A stretch of 64,000 nt of DNA from positions 23,758 through 87,757 of the forward strand of contig JBAXIL010000001.1 in NCBI GenBank assembly GCA_037138355.1. Direction: 5' to 3'. Every line of letters begins with the position of its first letter. The first letter of the stretch is position 1. The translations under genes were made by a program, and so were the position numbers. Shown here one piece after another: positions 56,936-64,000 of the stretch. The notes beneath the pieces were generated by a model that was not told the origin of the DNA, did no database searches, and saw only the letters and a program-made list of their open reading frames with translations. The stretch comes from a bacterium. GTDB lineage: Bacteria; Oederibacteriota; PGYV01; Palsa-1178.

Positions 56936-57297
56936 ATGATGAACAGATTTTTGAAAGAAAAAAAGAACTGTTTGAATGTGCTAAATGTGGAACATGTTGT
57001 TCTGTTCCGGGTTATGTGTTTTTAAACATTAAAGAAGCACAAATTATTGCCAAGCTATTAAGCATTAGTTATGAGACATTTTCAGAAAAATATATGCGTA
57101 AAGTAGGTCATCAACATGTATTACAGACCCCTTATGCTGGTGGTTGCACATTTTGGAAAGATAAAAAATGCACGATATATGAAGCCAGACCGTCGCAGTG
57201 CAGAACATTTCCTTACTGGAAAGAATTAACTGGAGAACATAAGGAATGGAAAGAAATAGAGAAGTTCTGTCATGGGGCAAAGCGTATTAAGTTCTGA
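56932..57297 (+). CDS. YkgJ-family Cys-cluster (CxxCxxCC) zinc/iron-chelating protein
   Basis: CAKCGTCCSVPGYV, then C..W.....C.IYE.RP.QCR.FP. Confidence 0.75.
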   Translation: MNDEQIFERKKELFECAKCGTCCSVPGYVFLNIKEAQIIAKLLSISYETFSEKYMRKVGHQHVLQTPYAGGCTFWKDKKCTIYEARPSQCRTFPYWKELTGEHKEWKEIEKFCHGAKRIKF

Positions 57298-57456
57298 GTA
57301 ATAAATAATTATTTAACATTAAAATCCCCCAAAACCTAAAATTTTGCAGTGTTTTATGTGCTTTTAAAGGTTAAATTGGTATAAAATCTGTCTATATATT
57401 TACTTCCACTTGTAGTATAATATCATAGGTTTTACTAATTTATTTAGGAGTTTAGT

Positions 57457-58164
57457 GTGAAGAAAATATCATTAAATACAGTCCATATAGTTGAAAAAGG
57501 CACAAGCTCAAAGCTTATGAAAAGCCAAACCAATAAGCATAAGCGTGGTTCTTTAATTGTATTTGAAGGACCTGAAGGTTCAGGTAAGTCAACGCAGCTA
57601 AATAAGCTTGTGACATATTTCAAATCAAATAAAGTTAAAACAATTCTCTTACGCGAACCAGGCGGAACTGAGATATCTGAAAAAATTCGTTCTATAATTC
57701 TTGATCGTGCTCATACAAATATGTCTGAAAAAACGGAATTACTACTTTATATTGCCTGCAGAGCTCAGATAATTGAGGAAAAAATACTAAAATTACTTCA
57801 TGAAGGTTACACGATACTTCAAGACAGATTTTATCTTGCTACAATAGTTTATCAGGGTTATGCCAGAGGAATTGATAGAAAATGGATTGATGAACTTAAT
57901 AAGTTTGCTTTAAATGGGTTAAAGGAAGACTTAACTATAATTTATGATGTGACACTTGCTGAAGCTCAAAAGCGCATGAAAAAACGAGTAAAGAAAGATA
58001 GGCTTGATGAAGAGGCTGCAGAGTTTCATACTAAGGTTCGGAACGGTTATCTAAAAGAAGCAAAAAAAATAGCAAATTGCATTGTAATAACTACAGATAA
58101 TAAAGACGAGAAATCTGTTTTTAAAGAAACTATCAATCATCTCGAGAGAAAAGGTTTTATTTAA
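57457..58164 (+). CDS. tmk: Thymidylate kinase Tmk (with ~20-aa N-terminal extension)
   Basis: IVFEGPEGSGKSTQ, REPGGT, DRFYLATIVYQGY. GTG 57457 lies 6 nt after AGGAG, whereas the internal ATG 57517 has no RBS. Confidence 0.9.
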   Translation: MKKISLNTVHIVEKGTSSKLMKSQTNKHKRGSLIVFEGPEGSGKSTQLNKLVTYFKSNKVKTILLREPGGTEISEKIRSIILDRAHTNMSEKTELLLYIACRAQIIEEKILKLLHEGYTILQDRFYLATIVYQGYARGIDRKWIDELNKFALNGLKEDLTIIYDVTLAEAQKRMKKRVKKDRLDEEAAEFHTKVRNGYLKEAKKIANCIVITTDNKDEKSVFKETINHLERKGFI

Positions 58165-59243
58165 TGTCTGTAAATAATATCATAGGCAATGTTAATACCA
58201 AAAAAATAATGTTGTCCAATGCCAGCGAGCAAAAAAATGGAACTGCTTATATTCTGCTTGGTGAAGAAAATGTAGGAAAGAACTTTGCAGCACGGCAGTT
58301 TGCAAAGGCATTAAATTGTCTTCGGCCTTCTGTTGATATGGATTGTTGTGATATTTGTGTTAATTGCCGTTTGATTGATAAAACATTAGGAGAGCTTGAC
58401 GAACATGACTGTCAGATTAATCCACATCCTGATTTAGTTTACATAAATACTGAGAAAGCACAACTTAGTAAAGAAGTAGTTCAGGTTGCAATCGAAAATT
58501 TAAATATATACAAGGCAATACAACTTAAAAGAAAAGTAGTTATTATACAAGATGCTGACAGAATGAATAAAAGCGCAGCCAATTCTATCTTAAAAGTGCT
58601 TGAGGAACCTCACAAGGATTTAGTCATAATTCTTATAGTTAACAACATTGATTCGCAAATGCCTACAATAGTGTCCCGTTGTCGCAGAATAGAACTGCAA
58701 AGGGCTTCTATTAGCGAGATAGAGAAAGCCACAGGTCGTATTATGATGGCCTGGACAGAAATTGAAGTAAAGGAAGCGGCGTCATTTTCTGATGGGAAAA
58801 TAGGTGATGCTTTGCGTTATATTGAAGTAAAACAGCAGTTTAAGGACGCAGCGGCCATCTTTTCGGCAGTATCAGGCCGTAAGGATGATGTGGAGTCCAT
58901 ATTTGATGCTATTAAAAGGGTAGAAGAGCTACATAGGGAAGAAAAAGAGAAAGAAAAGAAGGCTAAAAAAAAGGGTATTGCACGGTTGTTTTTACTTGAT
59001 ATTATTAAGATATTATCATATATTTATAGGGATTATATGCTGGAGAAACTCGGGATAAAGAGTATTCTCCGAAATAGATATGGCATAAGCACAACTGATA
59101 TCAGGGATTATACCCCTGCAAAAATCAGCGCAATACTAAAAATTATCGAACGGTCATGCAGGGATGTGGAAAGCAATGCGAATGTTAGCGTGCTTTTTAC
59201 GAACCTGCTTTTCCAGATACGAAAGGAAGGTCTAAGCGCATGA
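58164..59243 (+). CDS. holB: DNA polymerase III delta' subunit HolB
   Basis: AYILLGEENVGKNFAARQFAKALNC, C..C..C zinc module, KVVIIQDADRMNKSAANSILKVLEEP, SRCRRIEL. Confidence 0.8.
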   Translation: MSVNNIIGNVNTKKIMLSNASEQKNGTAYILLGEENVGKNFAARQFAKALNCLRPSVDMDCCDICVNCRLIDKTLGELDEHDCQINPHPDLVYINTEKAQLSKEVVQVAIENLNIYKAIQLKRKVVIIQDADRMNKSAANSILKVLEEPHKDLVIILIVNNIDSQMPTIVSRCRRIELQRASISEIEKATGRIMMAWTEIEVKEAASFSDGKIGDALRYIEVKQQFKDAAAIFSAVSGRKDDVESIFDAIKRVEELHREEKEKEKKAKKKGIARLFLLDIIKILSYIYRDYMLEKLGIKSILRNRYGISTTDIRDYTPAKISAILKIIERSCRDVESNANVSVLFTNLLFQIRKEGLSA

Positions 59244-59989
59244 TAGAAGTAATCGGAATTAAGTTTAAGGATGATGAAAAAATACATTATTATAATCCAG
59301 AAAAATTACATCTTGAAAAAGGTGAAAAATGTATTGTGGAGACTATAGAAGGTTCGCGTGAAGGCGAAGTGTCTATGGCTAATTTCTTTTTAGAACCAGA
59401 TAAAATATATGCTCCATTGCGTCGTGTTCTGGAATATTTAACTGATAAACAGGAAGTTTTAGTACAAAAGCAAGACCGCATGGAAGAAAAAGCCAGAGAG
59501 TTTTGTACGAGCAGAATAGAAGCTCGGAATCTTGTTATGAAGTTAGTAGATGTTAAATATTCCGATGATTTAAAGAAAGTTGTTTTCTTCTTTGTGGCTG
59601 AAAAAAGAGTTGATTTTAGGGAATTATTAAAAGACTTGGTAAAAGCTCTTAGAATAAAAATAGAATTAAGACAGATAAGCCGTAGGGAATACGCAAAAAA
59701 AATAGGTGCCGCCGGTATTTGCGGCAGAATAGTGTGCTGTAAAAATCATTTGAAATCATTTGCACCTATTACTATTAAAATGGCCAAAAACCAAGGGCTT
59801 CCATTAAATCCTACCAAAATTTCCGGAGTGTGCGGCAGGCTATTGTGCTGTCTTGCCTATGAAAAATATGAAGCGCCAGTTCATAATTCTATTATTCAAC
59901 GCTTGCAGGTGACAGAAAATGATGGCGGAGAAATAATAATGGATGAACCGACTTCAACAAATACAGAAGCAGATGTAAACTGGGAATAG
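59240..59989 (+). CDS. ricT: PSP1-domain protein (YaaT/RicT-like)
   Basis: PSP1 core (DFRELLKDLVKALRIKIELRQI), then the Cys motifs GICGRIVCC and GVCGRLLCC. Confidence 0.8.
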   Translation: MIEVIGIKFKDDEKIHYYNPEKLHLEKGEKCIVETIEGSREGEVSMANFFLEPDKIYAPLRRVLEYLTDKQEVLVQKQDRMEEKAREFCTSRIEARNLVMKLVDVKYSDDLKKVVFFFVAEKRVDFRELLKDLVKALRIKIELRQISRREYAKKIGAAGICGRIVCCKNHLKSFAPITIKMAKNQGLPLNPTKISGVCGRLLCCLAYEKYEAPVHNSIIQRLQVTENDGGEIIMDEPTSTNTEADVNWE

Positions 59990-60053
59990 TATTTATTTGA
60001 TTCCAATATGTATTTGTTAAAATAATGCGATTTGTATATCTGAAAGGGATCAC

Positions 60054-61646
60054 ATGAGCGAAAGAAAATATTATTTTATTACAACAGCAATTGATTACGC
60101 AAACTCAAAACCTCACATTGGTCATGCCTATGAGAAAGTAACTACTGATATTATGGCCAGATACAAAAGGTTAAAGGGTTATGAGGTATATTTTTCAACT
60201 GGTACAGATGAGCATTCCTTAAATGTAATGGCTAAAGCAAAAGAAACTGGAGTTACTCCAAAACAGTATGTAGATGATATGGCAGTTGCTTTTCGCAATT
60301 TATGTACTCAGTATAAAATAACAATAACAGATTTTGTTCAAACCTCGGAAGAGCGTCATAAAATCTCAGTGTCTGAAGTTTTTCGTAGGTGCTTTGAGTC
60401 GGGAGATATATATAAAGGCACTTATGAAGGTTGGTATTGTAAGTCGTGTGAAGCATTTTACGCACAGGGTGAATTGACAGAAGATAATTGTTGTCCTACG
60501 CATAAGTTCAAGGCAGATCTCATTAAAGAAGATAATTATTTTCTTAAAATAACAAAATATACAGATAAATTACTAAAACATATAGAAGATAATCCTGATT
60601 TTATTCAACCTGAAACTCGTAAAAATGAGATTCTTTCTATGCTCAAAGCTGGGTTTCGGGATGTGAGTGTATCCAGACCAGGTTTAAATTGGGGAATACC
60701 GCTTCCAGTAGATAAGTCGCAGACAGTTTATGTATGGTTTGATGCTTTGATTAATTATATAACAGCTGCAGGTTTTGCTACAGATGAAGAAAAGTTTAAT
60801 AAATTTTGGCCTTGTGACATGCATGTGATAGGTAAAGATATTACAAAGTTTCATTGCATTATCTGGCCTATAATGCTTATGTCTGCTGGATTAGCCCTTC
60901 CTAAAAAAGTATTTGGACATGGTCATTTGCTAAATAAGGGTGAAAAAATGTCTAAGACCAGAGGTAATATAGTTGACCCAGTGAACATTGCAAATGTTTT
61001 TGGCGTGGATGCGATTCGCTATTATTTTGCTGCCAATATAACAAATGGCAGTGATGGAGAGTTTTCAGAAGATTCTATAATTCTTTGTTACAATACTGAT
61101 TTGGCAAATGATCTTGGCAATTTGATAAATAGATCCCTGAACATGGTAGAAAAATACTGCGCTGCTTTAGTCCCAAAATATATTGAAACAGTGCTTGATG
61201 ATAAAATGAAAGCCATAGTTATTCAAGCAAAACAGTTATTGTCGGTTTATACGCAAAGAATGGATGCCTTTAATTTATCTGGTGGTTTAGATGCTGCTTG
61301 GGATTTAATTAGCATGGCAAATAAACTTATTGAAGATGAAGCGCCGTGGAATTTGCAAAAAAATAATAAAATACAAGAACTCGAAACAGTATTATATATT
61401 TTACTCGAAGTTATAAGGCTTGCATCAATAATTGTTTTGCCTGTTATGCCAGACACGGCTAAAAAAATATGGGCAAAGCTTGGCATAGAATATGATGAAA
61501 ACAGTTTGAACATAGATGAGGAACTTCAATTTGGTAGGTTGGCAGTAGGTGGAACCATAGCAAAGGGAGAGCCGTTATTTCCGAGAATATTAGATGAAAA
61601 AGAAACTGCAAAATTGAAAGATTTAAAGGAAAACAAACCAAAATGA
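60054..61646 (+). CDS. metG: Methionine--tRNA ligase
   Basis: HIGH motif (KPHIGHAY), zinc knuckle CKSCEAF...CCPTH, KMSKT motif (EKMSKTRGN). Confidence 0.95.
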   Translation: MSERKYYFITTAIDYANSKPHIGHAYEKVTTDIMARYKRLKGYEVYFSTGTDEHSLNVMAKAKETGVTPKQYVDDMAVAFRNLCTQYKITITDFVQTSEERHKISVSEVFRRCFESGDIYKGTYEGWYCKSCEAFYAQGELTEDNCCPTHKFKADLIKEDNYFLKITKYTDKLLKHIEDNPDFIQPETRKNEILSMLKAGFRDVSVSRPGLNWGIPLPVDKSQTVYVWFDALINYITAAGFATDEEKFNKFWPCDMHVIGKDITKFHCIIWPIMLMSAGLALPKKVFGHGHLLNKGEKMSKTRGNIVDPVNIANVFGVDAIRYYFAANITNGSDGEFSEDSIILCYNTDLANDLGNLINRSLNMVEKYCAALVPKYIETVLDDKMKAIVIQAKQLLSVYTQRMDAFNLSGGLDAAWDLISMANKLIEDEAPWNLQKNNKIQELETVLYILLEVIRLASIIVLPVMPDTAKKIWAKLGIEYDENSLNIDEELQFGRLAVGGTIAKGEPLFPRILDEKETAKLKDLKENKPK

Positions 61647-61673
61647 TTTATTTTGTGTTTTTGGAAATGCTTT

Positions 61674-62432
61674 ATGATTGTTGAAACTCATGTCCATCTT
61701 TGCGATGAAAAGTTTGATGGTGATAGAACAGAGGTATTAAAACGCGCTAATACTGCCGGGGTAATAAAATTCCTTAATATTGGAGCGGAGCTAAAAGAAA
61801 TAAGGGCAATCGCGGCATTAGAAATTGAAAATGTTTACAAAGCGATGGGGCTTCATCCGCACAATGCACACGAATTTACGGAAGAAGTTTATAGTGAAAT
61901 TAAAGAATATTTTAAAACACAAATAAAAGCTGTTGCTGTCGGTGAAATAGGGATGGATTACTATAAAAGTATCACGCCCCGCGGACTGCAGGAAAAAGTA
62001 TTTCGTAGATTTCTTGAATTGGCATGTGAATTGAATTTGCCTATAGCTGTACATAGCAGAGAAGCTCATGAAGATGTTCTAAATATTCTTAAAGAATACG
62101 AATTAAGTAAAAAAGGTGTCATACATTGTTTTACAGGTGATATTTCAACGGCTAATAAATTTACTGATTTAGGTTATATGCTTGGAATTGGTGGAGTAAT
62201 CACTTTCCCAAATGCCCAAAGCTTAAGAGATGCTATAAAGCTAATTCCTCTTGAATTTTTGGTACTTGAAACTGATGCTCCATGGCTTGCTCCACAGCAG
62301 GAACGAGGAAAAAGAAATGAACCGTCATACTTGAAACTTATTGTGAAGGTTATAGCTGATTTAAAAACAATATCAGTTGAACAAGTAGAAAATGTTACTA
62401 CAAAAAATGCTGAGAGATTATTTAATATATAA
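61674..62432 (+). CDS. tatD: TatD-family metal-dependent hydrolase
   Basis: MIVETHVHL, VGEIGMDY, IAVHSREA, GVIHCFTG, LETDAPWL. Start placed at ATG 61674. Confidence 0.85.
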   Translation: MIVETHVHLCDEKFDGDRTEVLKRANTAGVIKFLNIGAELKEIRAIAALEIENVYKAMGLHPHNAHEFTEEVYSEIKEYFKTQIKAVAVGEIGMDYYKSITPRGLQEKVFRRFLELACELNLPIAVHSREAHEDVLNILKEYELSKKGVIHCFTGDISTANKFTDLGYMLGIGGVITFPNAQSLRDAIKLIPLEFLVLETDAPWLAPQQERGKRNEPSYLKLIVKVIADLKTISVEQVENVTTKNAERLFNI

Positions 62433-62447
62433 AAAAGAGGTAAATAA

Positions 62448-63461
62448 ATGCTAAAGAAGTTTATTAAAAAAGTAACAGAAAGACAAAATTTAACATTTGA
62501 TGAAATGCGTGAGGCCATGGATGTTATTATGACAGGTCAGACTACTGATGCACAAATATCTGCATTGCTAATAGGCCTTAAAATGAAAGGTGAAACCATA
62601 GAGGAAATCACAGCAGCTGCAATAGGAATGAGAGAGAAAGCTCATCATGTGCAAATAGATGAAGATATTATTCTTGATACTTGTGGTACTGGTGGAGATG
62701 GCTATGGAACAATCAATATATCTACTGCAGTGTCAATAGTAGCGGCAGCAGCTGGTGTGACTGTAGCAAAACATGGTAATAGGTCGGTCACATCAGAATC
62801 AGGGAGTGCGGACGTCCTAAAGGCGCTTGGAGTTAATACTGATTTAAGTCATGAGAAAATAAAAGAGTGTGTAAAAACAATAAAAATTGGTTTCCTTTTT
62901 GCTCCAGGATGTCATCAGGCGATGAAATACGCCATGGGAGTTAGAAAAGAAGTAGGCGTGAGAACAATATTTAATCTTCTTGGGCCTATAATAAATCCTG
63001 CAAGAAATACACATCATCTTATGGGAGTATTTGCTGAAAATTTAACTGAAAAAATTGCTGGAGTATTAAAAAATATGGGATTGGTTCATTCGGCAGTAGT
63101 GTGTGGACAAGGTGACATGGATGAAATTACAATTGCAGGTCCTACAAAAGTTTCAGAACTGAAAAATGGTGAAATAAAAACATATTATATAAAACCTTCT
63201 GATTTTGGAATAAAAGAAGCGCCTTTAGCAGCAGTTAAAGGCGGAGGTCCTGAAAAAAATGCGGGTATAATTAGAGATATATTTGAAGGTAGAGAAAAAG
63301 GTCCTTATAAAGATGTAATAGTTATCAACAGCGGTTTTGCTTTATACATTGCTGATAAGGTAAGCACTCCACAAGAAGGCGTAGTGCTTGCACAAAAGGT
63401 TATAGAATCTGGTGAAGCGGCAAGGAAGCTTGAAGAGTTTATTAAATGTTCAAACAGTTAA
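62448..63461 (+). CDS. trpD: Anthranilate phosphoribosyltransferase TrpD
   Basis: DTCGTGGDGYGTINISTA, KHGNRSVTSESGSADVLKALG, FLFAP. Confidence 0.95.
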   Translation: MLKKFIKKVTERQNLTFDEMREAMDVIMTGQTTDAQISALLIGLKMKGETIEEITAAAIGMREKAHHVQIDEDIILDTCGTGGDGYGTINISTAVSIVAAAAGVTVAKHGNRSVTSESGSADVLKALGVNTDLSHEKIKECVKTIKIGFLFAPGCHQAMKYAMGVRKEVGVRTIFNLLGPIINPARNTHHLMGVFAENLTEKIAGVLKNMGLVHSAVVCGQGDMDEITIAGPTKVSELKNGEIKTYYIKPSDFGIKEAPLAAVKGGGPEKNAGIIRDIFEGREKGPYKDVIVINSGFALYIADKVSTPQEGVVLAQKVIESGEAARKLEEFIKCSNS

Positions 63462-63546
63462 GGACAATACAAAATATAGTATAATTTCCATAGCTTTAGA
63501 TACATTTTGTAATAGCAAGGGATTAACAAAATAATGGAGGAAAAAA

Positions 63547-64000
63547 ATGAGCATACTGAAAAGAATTATTAAGGCAAAAAAAGCAGAAGTGAAGTTGAAG
63601 AAAGAAAAAATGCCGATTGAAAAATTATTAATTGATATAACTAAGGCTCCAGCAAACAGAAACTTTAGGGATATTTTTGAATATAATGATTTCTCGGTTA
63701 TTGCAGAAATTAAGAAAAAATCACCATCCAAAGGTACAATAAAAGCAAACATAAGTATAAGAAAAATTGCTGAAAATTATGAAGCTGCAGGAGCAAGAGC
63801 GATTTCAGTTGTCACAGATAAAAAATTCTTCGATGGAAAACTCGAGTATATAGAAGAGGTTAAAAAATATTCTTCACTGCCTGTTTTGCGTAAAGATTTT
63901 ATCATAGATGAGTATCAGATATATGAGTCTCGTTGGGCAAGAGCTGACGCTGTGCTGATTATAGCAGCAGCGCTTGAAAAAAAAGTAGTAACGCAATTTG
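63547..64000 (+). CDS. trpC: Indole-3-glycerol-phosphate synthase TrpC, 3'-truncated by the window edge
   Basis: Not in the ORF track because no stop lies within the window. ATG 63547 gives MSILKRIIKAKKAEV...SVIAEIKKKSPSKG...AAGARAISVVTDKKFFDG...LPVLRKDFIIDEYQIYESR..ADAVLII. Confidence 0.9.
   Translation, partial: MSILKRIIKAKKAEVKLKKEKMPIEKLLIDITKAPANRNFRDIFEYNDFSVIAEIKKKSPSKGTIKANISIRKIAENYEAAGARAISVVTDKKFFDGKLEYIEEVKKYSSLPVLRKDFIIDEYQIYESRWARADAVLIIAAALEKKVVTQF

Noticed and set aside
63450-63752. 100-aa minus-strand ORF at the right end of the window
   Set aside because: It overlaps the plus-strand trpC reading frame (63547 to the window end). That frame has unmistakable IGPS motifs and follows trpD. 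The ORF track misses trpC only because its stop lies outside the window.
1-64000. CRISPR arrays, rRNA genes, IS elements, toxin-antitoxin pairs, known defence-system genes
   Set aside because: I looked for regularly spaced direct repeats, transposase/integrase/RT/nuclease-helicase signatures and small paired ORFs, and none were found. The only notable direct repeat is the duplicated tRNA leader reported above.

Overview
AT-rich bacterial chromosomal window (about one-third GC by eye). I call about 66 protein genes, all but 3 on the + strand, plus one tRNA. I found no rRNA, CRISPR array, transposase, integrase or reverse transcriptase. Gene order: (1) the 3' part of a large FN3-repeat surface protein ending in a FlgD-Ig / T9SS-CTD-like domain; (2) mutL-miaA; (3) two paralogous PorV/PorQ-like outer-membrane barrel proteins carrying FlgD-Ig or FN3 modules, directly followed on the same strand by flgF-flgG-flgA-flgH-flgI-flgJ(rod-binding only), then a separate flgM-flgN-flgK unit behind a near-consensus sigma-28 promoter; (4) lnt, a HAD phosphatase and surE; (5) the only minus-strand block: ECF sigma, zf-HC2 anti-sigma and a Spy/CpxP-like protein; (6) housekeeping genes (polysaccharide deacetylase, acpS, nnr, three small envelope hypotheticals, thiL, tsaE, tsaB, yggS, proC, yggT, DUF167, PNP, mtnA, thioesterase, yebC, radical SAM); (7) tolC-macA-macB efflux genes and an MFS transporter; (8) a tRNA-Val locus with unusual repeat structure; (9) a P-type ATPase, PUR-like protein, LUD protein, GH2, MFS and a CCA/poly(A) polymerase family enzyme; (10) rplM-rpsI, a GH3-GH5 fusion, GIY-YIG, YkgJ, then tmk-holB-ricT-metG-tatD and trpD-trpC (3' truncated). 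The best candidate for something undescribed is the PorV-like barrel pair that appears to head the flagellar rod/ring operon, possibly linked to the CTD-bearing FN3 protein. Other points worth checking: a shared GAAC-N17-CGTCTAA motif upstream of both the ECF sigma operon and the tolC-macAB operon; a GC3-rich, probably foreign lipoprotein gene; an unlisted 30-codon highly basic ORF; and the tRNA-Val locus, which has a flanking 15-bp inverted repeat, a duplicated leader with a 5' tRNA fragment, and C at position 33. All functional calls come from reading the translated ORFs by eye. No database search was run.
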